Shown here piece after piece: positions 12,992 through 26,344 of a stretch of DNA of 64,000 bases. The DNA comes from Vicugna vicugna (Eukaryota): NCBI GenBank assembly GCA_013265495.1, contig MU058221.1, positions 3,660,001 through 3,724,000 of the forward strand, in the 5' to 3' direction. Numbering within the stretch: position 1 is the first letter of the stretch; the number at the start of each line of letters is the position of its first letter. The notes under the pieces are model-generated. The model had not been told where the DNA came from and did not search any database. It saw nothing but the letters and a program-made list of their open reading frames with translations. A program made the translations under genes and the position numbers.

Positions 12992-14204
12992 CTGTTCCCA
13001 GGTCTTGGCTGTGTGCATTTCTGTGGATGTTGAGTGAAAATAGACATCACCTTTGGTCACCTGTGTGTGCAAATTACTACAAGTTTATTCCTAGTCAATT
13101 TAGTAAATGTTTCAGTTAGTATCTGTGACTTAACTGGTTTTGTCATGGTACACAAGACCCCTGTGGGGTCTCCTTCAAAGAATTCCTCCCAAGCAATTTT
13201 TTGAAATGAGCACACCTAATTATGAACAGTTACACCACCTTCCTCAATGTCAAATAGTCAAAGAAAGAATCAAGAATAGAATCAAGGTTTTTCAAGTGCC
13301 TCTAATTTTTTTTCAAGTCTAACAAAGAGCAGGTGGAGTATTATACCTAGAACAGTATGTTCTTAGAATCTCTAAATTCTCCACAGTAAATGCATTATTT
13401 TTCCCACCTTAGAGGATGCTTTCACTTCTGGTTCCACAATTTCATTTACTTGAAATGTCCACAATAGTTAAGACGTACTGTAGGTCAAAAAGAGAAATAT
13501 TTATCTTAAGTGGCCATCTCACTTATTTAATACCCACACTCAGGGGCAAAGCCTTCAAATATTTTATAGTTCTTGTATTATAATGTGTCTAAACAATAAC
13601 ATTTCTCAATAATTATCAACATGATAAAATGCCTTAATAAACTAGAGGGACAAAAGCATCAAAATTCTTCAAAGCCCTGTTTCAACATCGTATGAATCAC
13701 TGACATAGCTATTGGTCTGTTTTGATACTGATTTCCCCTTGCCAATTCTATTTAGGGAAAATAATGGATGAATTGGTAAAAATAATCATCATCAAACATT
13801 ATCTTTTTGTTCATGGTCAGGACTGTAAGAAACACAAAGATAAATAATGTGTTCTCTCTCCTCCAGCAACTTAGATCCTAAAAATTTTCTTTAAAAACAC
13901 AATCAAATAACAGTAGTGTTGCATAGAAAGTGGTGAAAATTTGCATTGCCACTAACATTGGGGGATGCATGCCTGTACCAATTGTCTTCACTGATCCCAG
14001 AAGGAAGAGTGTATCAAAGCAGATATTTGAAGGTGTAATTTTGAGACGATATAGAACTGAGGAGAGACAAGTGAAAGAACTTATGAAAGATTCAAGACAT
14101 CCAAAGATTGACAAAACTTGCAAGAAGGATAAAGGAAGTGAAATTTGCATCTTGGTGATAATGAGGAAGACCAGAGATAAGACATAGGTTTTGTAAGCTG
14201 CCAG

Positions 14205-15330
14205 AACTAAAGGTTTGCATTAAAAGGGGTAACAGTTTGACAGATGACTTCTCTTCTGTCACAATGGATGTCAGAAGACAGAAATATGACAACGTCAATG
14301 TTCTGAGAGAGAGTAACTGTCAGCCTGGATCATTCTAACCAGTGGCGGTGTCTCTCAAAGTGTAAGTGACATGAAGACGTTTTCTAACAAGAACTGATGC
14401 TCGTGCCACCTGTAGGTGCTCTCGGGGAAAACTCAGTGTTGTGCTGATGGAGGACTGAACACTAAAAAAGTAAAAAGCAAGGCACAGTGTGTTGAATACA
14501 TATATATAGGTAACACTAAATATATGTCAGTGGCATAGAACAATTATAGTCTCTCATGGAGTTCAAATAAAAAAGAAAAAGTACATACAAATTTGCATGT
14601 AATTTTTACATGAAAGAATGATGTTAGAGTGTTCTAAAACATTAGCATTGTAAGGGACACTGCAAAATATATTGATTAAATTTTGATCGATCCATCCGTC
14701 AAGTGTACAGTTTATAATGTTTAGAACTCCTAATATGGGATAGAAACAAACGTATGGCTTCCAAACTATTAGAGGAATAAAAACAGAAATAATCAATCAT
14801 CAATTCAAATGGAAGCTAAAATTTGAGAGAAAAAAAGATCATAAAATAGGTGGAATGTAAAGTGAAAAACAAGTCCACATATAGCGTTAATTTTGTTACT
14901 AAAATTGATTGGATTCTTCAGGAAATAAGAAAGATTGTCATCATGCATCAGATAGACAATCCAACCCTACTGTTTAAAGAGATGCAGCTAGATCATAAAT
15001 TATCAGAATGGTTGACTGTAAAAGAGGAAAAGGAACCAGTAAGCAAATTCAAACCAAAAAAGTGGTATAGCTATATTAATAACAGGAAAAATAGAGTTTA
15101 AGGCACGTATAATTAGTATAAAAACATCGGTCACTCCAATGATGAAAAATCTAATAACCATGACTACATAAGTGTTTTAAAAGAACATTCGCATGATTTA
15201 CCCTCAACGTGCAGGAAGCAAAAAGACGGAATAACCAGACATTTTACTTTAAGACACTTTTCTTGGAAATTGATAAGATAAGTTGGCTACCATTAAGTAA
15301 GAGTGATAAAACTTAGCCTGGGATCTATAT
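14205..15330 (+). mobile_element. Old L1M fragment: ORF1 C-terminus into ORF2 endonuclease
   Basis: Degenerate LTDDFSSVTMDVRRQ..VLRESNCQP (L1 ORF1 motif LTADFS.ETM.ARRQW..VL.E..CQPRI) at 14238-14330; endonuclease-like gtatagctatattaataacaggaaaaatagagtttaagg at ~15065-15103. Confidence 0.8.
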
Positions 15331-16119
15331 AGAGAACTCAGTGAAGGAAATTGAATTGGCTAAGATTACAAACGGAATTTACGGGCCAGTGTTATCTAGA
15401 AAAATAAATAAATAAGGCATTAACGTCACCTTATACACCTGTATCTAGGAGCCGAAACCGTGTATCTAGGGAGCCTCATCCATGCTCTGTTTCTGCTGTG
15501 CCGGCTTAATGCTCAGGCTTACTAATTGTTTTGGCAGATACAGAGTTATTATCTCTTGGCTTATGTCCTCCTGATTTAGGTACTCCAGAGGCTCATTTCC
15601 AATTATTCAAGAGAAAGTTTCACACTTGTTTTTCATTGACCTAAATTGGGTTAGTTTGCAGTTAGAGGAAATTAGGACCTGGACTGGTATGGAGGAGATG
15701 AGACTGCTAAAATGAAAAACCTTCAAACACTCCAGTGAATTTCCCCCATTTTACAGACAAAGGAGTGGACTCACAAAAGCTCAGGTTACATAATTAATAA
15801 GAGATTAATATTTAATTTAATTTCTGATCTGACTGAGTCCAAAGCCTCAACCTGCTACTTCAGTTTGTCAAGTCTTTGGATGAGAGAAAGATGAATCCTT
15901 GTCGTTGTCTGTACCACCTGATTTATTCTCAGTATAGGCTACTGTTGGTTGTGCTGAAACCCATCTTGATATGGTCCCTTTTTTGTGGAGCAGATGTTCA
16001 CCTCATTCTCAGGTTCTTTTCACAGGGAACTGACCCATATGTTACTGTGTATTTGTTATGTTAATGGGAGGACGTAAGTTCAGACTTCCAGGGGGACCAC
16101 CATCTCGAACTACCCCCCC

Positions 16120-16550
16120 CTTGATTGAATTCTGGGCCTCACCTGCTAAACAGTGACATTGCCAAACTGGAATGTGTCCATGTAGAGTAATCAGCATGAA
16201 AAATAAACCAGCACCACACATATAAAAATAGATTTCATTGATTAAAGAAGATTTATGGGGAAATGTCTTTTTGTGTCATGTGAGTTCTAGTATTTGGGAG
16301 AAAGATTCCACTTTCTTCTACACGTTTCCAGAGTTTTTGGACCAAAAGTTTAAATATAAAAGGAAAGGAATGTCAGTTTGCTAAAACAGAGAAATTTCTA
16401 ATAATCAAATTTTCCAAATAACTAGATCACCCTTAGATATCAACATTTTTCTTTCTGTAAGGCTTTTTATCAGAAAAAAATATTTTCTCTTATGGAGATT
16501 TGTCTAGGGATTTGTGCTCTGGGAAGTCTTGCAAATCTGCTATTGTATAA
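16120..16550 (+). mobile_element. L3/CR1 LINE 3' fragment
   Basis: ttctgggcctcacc..gacattgccaaactggaatgtgtcca and aaatttctaataatca..ttccaaa, resembling the L3 3' consensus. Confidence 0.7.
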
Positions 16551-17999
16551 TCTTTTATTTTCAGGATTTACCAACGAGTCATAATTATGTGACACAGATT
16601 CCTCTGAATACAAATACGTAACAGCACCTTAATTTATAACTCCTCCACCATCCTTCTTTTTAAGCTCACAAACCCAAAACAGTGTAATTGAGTGTTTTAT
16701 CATCTGCGCCATCTTTAAAGGACTCCAAGTAAAGGGTATTCAAAGCAGATAAAATTAGTGGAAGGTTTGGAACGTTGTCATATTGTGTAAGATTGTTCTC
16801 TGCTTCATTAGCTTTTTACCCAATAACTTCTTGTTTTTAAGGGTTCCTTTCCCTCAGGTATCCTGAACATTTCTGATCTTTCTTGAAAACTACTAAAACC
16901 AGGTTACCTTTACATCTTATAAAATCGAAATAATTTGTTAGCAAACCTGATTAACTCAAGAATGCCAACATGTTAATGAATCATAATTTTTTTTGCTATC
17001 AATTAATACACATATTTGTATCTTTAAAAGACAACTTTTAATCGTTTAATTTTTGTACTAAAAGAATAATTGCAGTGGAATTAGAGCCAGTTATCAGGCC
17101 TCAGTTCATTGTTAGACAAAATCCTCTTTGTTCCTAAAATCCCATCTTGAACTTATTATCCCTTCTAACCTTCTGACACACATGCTTCAAATGGACACTA
17201 CCATTTGATATTACTTCTGTCAAGCAGAGAGAAAAGAATATTTTTCTGTTCAGCATTCATTTCCTCCCTTCTTGTAATTTTTATAGGCACTTTGGAAACC
17301 TCAGGAACAAAGCAAGAATGAGAAGGCAGAGTCCTTATCAAAGTCATGAGCACTGAGCAGAAAACTCTGTTCTCAGCAGTTCAGAATTCCTTCCCCCATC
17401 TATTCATCTTATGAAATTGTATTTACAGAAGATAATCTGACCTTTTGAGTTGGATTTTTCTTGATTCATGATTTGCCACTGTCCCAGCCTTCTGGCCCTA
17501 ACTTGGGCAGGGGTAGCAATGGGGAGCCACTGAGAGCAGAAATGAAGCAAGGGAGAAGCGGTTTATCTCTGCTTCTTGTACACTCATGAAAGATAATGTC
17601 TGGAGTTTTTCATGAGCCCAGCCTTTGAATGCTCTGCTGGAAATGCCTGCTCCTTGTCTTCCGTGAAGCCAAAGTCTGTTTTAGTACCGTGACCCTGTCA
17701 GTGTACGAACTTTAATTAGTATTGAACGCAGCCTGGCAGAATTCTAAGTATCTGTGAGGCTACATTAGTTCTATGATTCCTGTGCTACAGTGAGCATGAA
17801 TTAAGGACAGTATCAACTTCAAGGTTCTTCTTTCTACTTTTAACTTTTCAAGATAGCCATTAGCTAGATTGATTTTTTTCTTAACTGTTATATCTATCTT
17901 TTCCTCTCCAAATCGTGTCTTTCAGATGACAAGTCTTTTATCTTAGATTGAATAGGGAAATTGTGCTTCTTCTCCAAAAATGTTTATGATTTGTGTAAG

Positions 18000-18600
18000 T
18001 GAAATTTAATTTACTTTTAAAATGTTGTCCTGCGTGCCCTTTATTAGCACTGCATTGTAACTCTGCTTCATTATTATGTTTGTATTCCTTTAACAATGCG
18101 TTTCACTTAGCAAAAGATCTTTTTGCAGTGCAGATGACGGCGCACCGTGCATTAAATAAATTTAATATTAATATTGCTGGAGAGCTCCTCTATGGCCAAA
18201 CAACATTTCACTCCCATTACAATGTTTATGGCAATGATTTGCAATACTGAATAAGATGTAACTCTTTAACGATAGTCCAATAAAAAGGATATCATTATAT
18301 GGTTGCACAAATGTCTTTCCCCTCAATAAAATTTTTAGTTATGTGAACGCTCTGTCTTTCAGAATGACTTACAAATAAAACGTCTACCTTGCCTTGAACA
18401 TTAATAAGGGGAAGGGGAGCAAAATCTATTTTTCAAACCATGACCCAACCACCTAATGATTTGTTTCACTGGGCATCAATCTTTGTAGCTGCTGCATTTT
18501 TTTCTCTTTCCTTCAAATGAACTGGCACAATGCTGATTTGGCTCGTATGTGGACACAAAGTGCCGTCTTTCCTAGGGGAATAATTATTAGCAGTTCCTCA
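18000..18600. promoter_or_regulatory. Candidate conserved non-coding element/enhancer
   Basis: Repeat-free; retained CpGs; HOX/CDX (TTTATGG, CCAATAAAA), SOX (CATTGT, AACAATG) and E-box (CAGATG) motifs; conservation not verified. Confidence 0.5.
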
Positions 18601-19016
18601 AAGCAGTTTGAAGGGTATCTCTGGTCTTAGAGATGTCATGTTTTTCCCCCAAGAAAGTCATTTTGTTCTTTGCTCCTTCCTGTGCCCTTTGGAGGAGTGA
18701 TGGAAAAAAAAAAAAAAAGCAGCAGCAAATTATTTTCAGGAAAGTGAGACATACAAAAATGTTTCTCTATGTTTCAGTGGAAAAGACAGCTCAGATTCTA
18801 TCTAGGAAACAACTTTAAGTAAATTTGTTACAGTGTAGATCATTTCTTGGTACTGCACATCACTTTTTCTGAGTCCTTATCCTGGATAAGTCGTAAGTTT
18901 AGCCCTAAAATGTATGATCTTGAGCAGCAAAACTCTCTACAACTTCTCAGCTGAAGCATTTACACACAAATATACTTCATTACCATTGACGCCACCACAG
19001 ATTTTATTTTGTCAAA

Positions 19017-19379
19017 TGTCTTAGTCTATTCTGGCTGCTAACACTGAATACCGTGGATGGGGTGGCTTACAAACAGCAGGAATTTATTTCTCACAGTTCT
19101 GGGAGCTGCGAAGTCCAAGATCAAAGTGCCGGCAGATTCGGCGTCTGGGGAGCGCTCCCTTCTTGGTTCATAGATGACTATCTTTCTCTGTGTGTTCACA
19201 TGGCTAAAGCCGGTGAGGAAGCTCTCCAGTGGCCTTTTAAAAGGGCACTCATCTCATTTGTGGTGACTCCACCTTCGTCACCTACTCACCTCCCAAAGGC
19301 CTCATTTCCAAATGCCATCACACTGAACGTTAGGATTTAACACACATTCTGGGGGGACAGAGATGTTTAGTCTGCTGCA
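19017..19379 (-). mobile_element. MaLR solo LTR (MLT1A-like), full length
   Basis: tgtcttagtc..aatttatttctcacagttctgg..aagtccaagatcaaagtgccggcagattcgg..ctcccaaaggcc..ggggggaca..gca; ~360 bp. Confidence 0.9.
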
Positions 19380-20002
19380 CCATGTTTCTTAATGATGTCC
19401 ATGGCCCATGAACTTGGCCACGGGCGGAGTCTCACCAGGGCTTCCAACATTTCTAGACTAGGTACGACTCAAGCTGTTATAAACTTTATTTTTCTGAAAC
19501 CACATATGGTTTATTTCTAGCTCATTAGTGTCATTGGACACTTCCATGAGACGTTATTGATGGCTAGTTAGTATTTTTAGAATTAGTAAACAGTTTTCTT
19601 TTTGCTCTTTCAAACCAGCTAAGTTTTCAGTTGTATTGTCTGTCCTGCCTCAAGTTATTCCTAGTTTGGTAAAATTACTTCCAGTAACAAGCAACAAAAT
19701 AATACCTTGTCAGATCCCATTTTCTAATTCCATGTTTCCATAAATCTCTCTAAAATGATTGCTTTATAATGGTTAGAACTTATGAACTTTCTTGAAGTTA
19801 AAAGAAAAAGAACTTTTTTTTAATGAGTGAAACAAGTTGCATGTCTTGCTTAATGAGACTTTTTGACATTAAAGTACGTAGGTTGCCAGGGAAAGGGTTA
19901 TACGTCCTTTCCTCATTGCCCAGATAGGTGTTTATTCACACCTGCTCACGTAAGTCAGCATAATTCACGTGGACAATTACCTTTATCCCCCTCCAAAACA
20001 GA

Positions 20003-20088
20003 GACGGGAACAAACAAACAAAATCCCTAGCCAAATAATAAACTGACGGGAACAAACAAACAAAATCCCTAGCCAAATAATAAACTGA
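20003..20088. repeat. Exact tandem duplication of a 42-bp unit
   Basis: gacgggaacaaacaaacaaaatccctagccaaataataaact at 20003-20044 and 20045-20086. Confidence 0.95.
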
Positions 20089-21079
20089 AGTCTTATGCCA
20101 GAACTTATCAGATGCAGATGTGTACATATAGACAAACACTCACACATACAATGTGTGTTTGCAACACAGTTAACTGAATTTTTTTTAATTTAGATAAGAA
20201 GCAGCTACAATCAGACTGTTTGGTTATCAACACCTGTGGTACCATTTTCTAGCTGTGTTCTCCGCAGTCAATCTTACAACGTCTCTGAAATTATTTTTTC
20301 TTTGATTTTTAAATGACAATAAGATGTAAAAGTCCAATCTTCATGTCACTCAGGCCGTTACTTTGAACATCAAATAATAAAGTGTGCTTGTCAGTTCTCC
20401 AAAGACTGAAACTTACTATGCACATATTATTGAAGATTCCTTAAGACTTCCACTATTGATTGCTAAATATTTAGAATGGTATTCTAAATAGAAACCAACT
20501 GGATATTTCTTTTTTTGTTGTTGTTCTTAGTGCTTTTATGCAAGATTCAGCTGCATTTGAGTTAGCCATGGGCTGTTAAGCACAGGAAACAGAGCACAGA
20601 GTTAGAGCTAAAGGAACACATCTAGTATGGAGTCAAATTTGTTCTTCCCTGTTACATTGTATCTCAGCCAGCACCTGCCAGTGGTTTCAACAGGCTGCAG
20701 GGAACACATGAAGTTGCCACTGTCTGTCTCGAGCAGCCACCACCTCCCTCCTGGGCTTCCCAGCACAGATTGCTTGCATTTGGTGTTTAAGTTAATATTA
20801 AAGATAAATTTGCATCAATATTTAATGATTCTACACTTTAACTGAAATTCTGCAACCAAACAACTTTAAATTAAACCATGCCAGGTAAGAAAACTTCTGT
20901 AATAATATGGTTTTGAGTCGAGTTAGAATTATCTATTAATTACCTGTAAGGTATAGATTTATGCTTTATCGTATATTTAGAAAAGAGTTGCAAATCTTGT
21001 TTATTCTCAGTCTTTTATACACTCTATGTTCATTCATGCATCAATAAATATTTCTGAGCATCAACTCAAGAAAGGTAAT

Positions 21080-21227
21080 TAGCATTTGAGACCACAGACT
21101 CTGGATCCTAACTGCTTTGAGGAAATTGGCAGGTGTGTGTGGCAACAACTGATATAACCTCCCTGTGCCTCAGTTTCCTCATCTCTAGAAAGAGGACAGT
21201 GAGTGAAATAACTTAAGGGGTTGTTTT
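21080..21227 (+). mobile_element. MIR SINE, 5' part, interrupted by an LTR (resumes ~21797-21870)
   Basis: MIR core aacctccctgtgcctcagtttcctcatctcta; gattattgtgaaga continuation after the LTR. Confidence 0.75.
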
Positions 21228-21783
21228 TGTTACCAAGTCCAAACTCGTTCTGCTCACTGCATGCCAAGCCACTAAATCAGAAGACAAGGTGTTGGGGCAA
21301 GGAATAGCGACTTTATTCAGAAAGCCAGCCGACTGAGAAGTTGACAGACTAATGTCCTGGAGAACCATCTTCCCCCCGTTAAAATTCAGGCTCCTTTTCT
21401 ACTAAAAGGGGGTGGGAGTATGCTAGCTGCAAACTTCTTGGTGTTGGAATCCTTTGTTCTTGCAGCTGTCCACATGGATCAGGTCATGGTGTCCCTGTAA
21501 ACCTCCAACAAAACAAGTGTTATTTTCTATTCTGCAACTCTTCATCTTCATATGCATGCAAGGGTGTTAATATCCTTGAAGGTCAGAGCCTTGAGAATGG
21601 GCTGCCCTGTCTACTTCAGGCTGTAGGCAGCCTTCTTTTACAGAGCATCAGAGAAATGGATTTATCACAGTATGGAAAGTTATGCTCTAACCTGGCGCGG
21701 GACTTCACCATCCAGGGCACATAAAGGAAAGACAATCAAGTTTATGTTATTCTGGGGCAGAAGTCTCTCCTGATGACGACACA
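21228..21783 (-). mobile_element. ERV1-class LTR inserted in MIR
   Basis: Begins tgttaccaagtccaaactcg; gactttattc antisense poly(A) signal; right boundary uncertain. Confidence 0.75.
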
Positions 21784-22502
21784 GATTTTTGCCACGGATT
21801 ATTGTGAAGACCAGACAGTAGGGTGGTCATGAATGAGCATGTGGGGTAATTCAAAGTAAACAAATAGCCCAGCTCACAAATCCTTGACGTCGCTCCTCCA
21901 GCTGCGGAAACTCGAGGAGTATGTGTGACTATGTTGAAATAACAATGATCTTCTTACAAATGGCCAGTTGAGATGGCCAGAAATCCAGGTGAAGCATTGT
22001 TTCTCCGGTGGCTGAATTGTATTGTCAGCTCTACTCTCAGCTTTTCCGAGTTGTCGTACAATGAACCATTTATGCAAATAAATGAGCCAAGAATACTACA
22101 TGAAGTGTTGAAGTAGTGTCATCTAGGAGGACCTGAAGGTCCTTAATGCCTGACAATCCTCTTCTGCCACCCTCTTCCCTTGTAAAGAAGTTGGCCCTTC
22201 CTTCTCTGCTCGTTTTCTGTTAAAGAGGCTGCAGTCCCCTCACCTGGGGGAGTGGTCCAGGAGTGCGCACCTAAAGGTGGCCCTCATTTCCCTATTATTT
22301 TGACCACTACGTCTGTAACTGGACTTGCATCTTAGCTCGTCCCACCCTGTGAAATGCAGGTTATATCCCAAAGAGAAAAGCATTTCTGGAAAGAGCTATA
22401 GCAATTTGTTAAAAATCTGGGATTGTGTATATGAAATGAATTGTACGGTGTTTTCCAAAGGCAGAGGGAGTATATATTTTAGCTGAGTTTGAATTGGAAA
22501 TT

Positions 22503-22540
22503 GTGTATGTGTGTGTGTGTGTGTGTGTGTACGTACGTAC
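22503..22540. repeat. (TG)n microsatellite with (GTAC)3
   Basis: Directly visible. Confidence 0.9.
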
Positions 22541-22829
22541 CGGGGTCCATGCTCACTCAAGCAGGTGAAGTTGTATTGGTGTGCAGGAATAATTTAATGC
22601 AAATCTAGATGAAATAATGGCCTATTAAAAGGAAATTAATAGAGGAATGAATCACAGGATGACAAAGCTGAGTGAATTATGATGTCCGCATTCCTCCCCC
22701 ACGCCCCCAGATTATCCGCCAAGTTGGTCTAGAGACCAAGGTTTGGTTATATGAACTGGTAATACAAGTGTTACGATCCTTAAGAAAAAAAATGTTTGAG
22801 AAAGTTCCTAAAGCTTGGAAGGCTGTTTG

Positions 22830-23220
22830 GCCTCATAGGGAATTTTCTATTACCAGTTGACTGAGGTAGAGAAACAAAATCAGCCTGGTTGAGAGACGGC
22901 ATTCCGTAATATACTGGCATCAGCTTGAGCCTGAATAAAGTCGCATCAGAGTCTCACTCAGAAGGGAAGTTGACTTACAGGCAAAGGAGAAGGAAAAAGT
23001 GTTGTGTCCATTCTGCCTGGCATGAGAGACACCCTGACTCACGGGCAGCGTCAACTATTTTGTCTCAATGGTCAAGGAACTGGAACAGAACACGGAGAAG
23101 ATAAGGAAACTTGAGAATTAAGAGCATAAGGAAATTTGGGGAAGAAAGATGCAACTGAACATCTCAGGATGATGCAGAACATGAGTCTACACATGACCCA
23201 CGTGTAATGTTTACCAGGAA
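22830..23220 (+). mobile_element. ERVL/MaLR-class internal pol fragment (RNase H), degenerate
   Basis: AWLRDG..Y-T-G (ERVL AWFTDGS.RYAG), GEGKS, D-S-x-A, W-S-x-x-W, KEIWGR and THV motifs in order. Confidence 0.7.
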
Positions 23221-25299
23221 TGGGGATAAACTAAGTTATACAAACCACAGAGCACAGACTATGTTTAGGAAACGGAAGTCAGTGCTGTGGACACGCTCCC
23301 TCCCTTTGCTTTAGCCTCACTTCTTGCCTTTTTCCATATTGTTCTAAATGAAACCAGCACATTTTGATCAGGATTGCCATCCCTGGTAGTCAGCATCTGC
23401 TCCAGGTTCCTCTCGGGGGGCTTACGTGGTAGCCATTGTTTGGTACTGAATACTCCGTTCCTCAAACACTTTAAGTGGGTTTCACCAAGGTTGATAGATA
23501 ATTGGTAGACAAGACAGGACTGAAAACAAATCCCTCTGATTTCCCGTTCCACCCCGATGCTGCTGTTCCCATAAAACGTCATGTCCAATGACAAAGACCC
23601 CACTGTTAACCCCATCAGTCCATATACTGAGTGACTGTTTTGTAAGCTAAATTTTAAATGAAAGAAAGGAGACTGAGGAATATCTGTCAATGAGCACACA
23701 GAGAAAATTTCAACGGCTTTCCATCCATGCGTCTAGGAGCAAACTTTGGCAGCAACTGCAGGGTACGCACAGAAATTCTTAGACGTACATCTGATAATTA
23801 CAACCAGGATTATCCTGTTCACGTGAAAGTTAAAATGAAATTAATATGCAAAATGTTAAATGCTTTTCATTATATTTCCTTATTACGTACATTTCAAAGC
23901 ACATTAGCAAATATCACTCATTCAGTCTTACAACTTGCTCCAAGAACCATGGATGGAAAGCCATTGAAATAACACTTGATTCCACATACAAACTTCTGAT
24001 GCCTTTGTACCATCATCAAAAATAGAAATCAAGTTAAATTTCAGTTTAGAGACTTTCTGGATAGTCTAGCTGATTAAAGGCAACTATGTATCATGTTGCT
24101 TCACTTAAACTACTCTTAACTCACCTAAAAAAATAAGTTCTTATGAACTAACCTTGGTTCATCATTCAGTGATTTAAGTATCAGTTTTTAATTTCGAATG
24201 AAGTGGCCAGTCGTTAATGTGGTTATGGTTCATAGGTTAACCTGAGTCCCTGTTAAATACAGCAACTTAATCTTCTGATCTTACTTTTAGTTTATTCCTG
24301 GAATAAATCTGTAATACTATCTTTTGCCTTAAATAATGAACAAAATTGCTCTGGCAAAGAAATGTATTTGTGATTTAATGCCTCCAAAATATTAAAATGA
24401 GATTGAAAATTTGATCACTTTTAAACTAAGCATACAAAGAATTGCCCTAAATGAAAAAAAAAAAAAAAGACAGTAATCGCTTATGGTCTGAAATGATCTG
24501 GAGGGTGGAGATTGAAGGCGTTCCTCCTCCCTGAGCTCAAGCGCAAAACTGCTGTGAGTTCCAAAGGCAGGGGGTTTGGGGTTTTGTTTTTTATGTTTTC
24601 TTCCAAAAATGGGTTGTTGGAGCTACACAGAAAAAAACTAGAAAAAAAGAACAGGAGGTCAGAATTCACCCTGATATCAGTACATGGTGAAAAGGAGCAA
24701 TTAGGAAACTTTTGCTCCTTTGTTAAGATTTCCACAGGTCGTTAGGGTAACAGATAAAGAGAAAAGAGGGACTAAAATAAGAGGAAATAAGTGGTTTTCT
24801 GGGTTAGGTAATGAGAGGCACTATTGTGTGGGGCACAGGAAACAGTGTGATCATTTTCATTTGCAAATTGCAGCTAATGACTTTACTATTGGTGAAAGAG
24901 AACTTCTAAGAACTAATTAAAAATAATTGATACATTAATGCTAATAAATGCACTTGCCAACCAGCACAAATAGATGTGTAATTGGAGGGCATGTTCTGTG
25001 CTCACAGCAGCCTGAATGAGTCTATAATTTAAAGATCACTGTTCAAAAAAAAAAAAAATGTCAAAGACCCACATGGAGCTAAAAGAAAGCAGAGTAGGTC
25101 CCCTGCTAAAATGAAGACCAGATCCAACTTTTGAGTTCACAGGTGAATTAGCAGGGAACACAGCGGATGACTAAGGGTTTAATCTGCCTGAAAACCCCCT
25201 TATTAGCGGAGGAATGTGGGTAGCCTTGCTTTAGGAGTTAAGAATAGGAGTTTTCACAAGTCATGCTTACTGGGATTTATAGTACTAAGAGCTTGAGAA

Positions 25300-25720
25300 A
25301 GACAGTGGAGACTAATAATAGATTAAGGGAGAAGAAGCAAGAGTCATTGCAGATACAGAGATCTTAGCCAACTGAATACAGTCAGGATGGAGCGAAGGGA
25401 AACCAAAGACAAGGATGAGTTAAAAATGAGTCAAAGCTTAAGCAAGGATAATGAGAAAGTAATGACTCAGGGGGAGATTTTGACTTGCATTAAGATAGTA
25501 AATTCAGTCGGTCTTACCCTGTCCTTCGTCCTCTCACAACAACCAGGCCATGTTCATTATGCACTTCAGACAGGTAGCGTGTTGGTGAGCAGAGAGATTG
25601 GAACTCCAAATACAGATGTGGGCTTCACTTGCTTAGGAAGAGTCAACAGAATATCTAAATTGTCAATATTACAAGGAAGACCCTCAACGAGAAAGGGAAA
25701 AAGAAGCCAGACTTCTGGAG
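25300..25720 (-). mobile_element. L2 fragment (degenerate)
   Basis: Purine-rich L2-like aaagacaaggatgag..aaagcttaagcaaggataatgag..gagagattggaac. Confidence 0.45.
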
Positions 25721-26344
25721 CTTTCAGATTCAGAAAGCTATAAAACTGTAAATTGATCAGTTGTTTCCTTACATGGGTTGGAAATGTTGCAGTCCCTCGA
25801 ATTTTGGATATGCATATTATTAACTGCTTCTAAATAGGCGTTCACTCCTAAAATTGGGGATCTGAACTAAAGTTTTACTCTTGCTAAAGAGTAAAACTCT
25901 TATTTTTTTCCAGATGAATTTTCTGTGCAGAGTTAGATCTCTGGAGTGTTGAAAGTACCTCATTGCTAGTTGGCACACAGATAACACATAATAGGTATGT
26001 AATGAAGTATCGTTTATTTTTATCTAACTAATTGGGATTTTATCTGTTTTCATCAGAAAATTTAGGATCAGCCAGGCTACACTCATAGGTTAAAATATCT
26101 AACTAGCTCAGGGAGTCTTTAAGCCAAATTAGGAGACAGGAATATGCTAATTTAAGGGTTGAAAACTAGAAATAGGGATCAAATAGTTTGCCAGTAGGAG
26201 ATTCACTTCGTTGTACAGCAAAGGCTAAAGGAGCACTATCATACAGAGACTAATCAGAGACTAAGATCGAGGCTTCACGCTAGGAAAAAGTCTCAGAGAA
26301 GTGCGTTCAGGCAGAGGGCAGACATGAAAAGTTATTAGCAAATG

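Noticed and set aside
17926..17994. Possible 69-nt + strand exon (tctttcag...gtaagt)
   Set aside because: Stop codons in all three frames; such splice-like pairs are common by chance; a non-coding exon cannot be supported without RNA data
20003..20088. Direct repeats as a possible CRISPR array
   Set aside because: Two adjacent copies, no spacer, eukaryotic context, no cas genes
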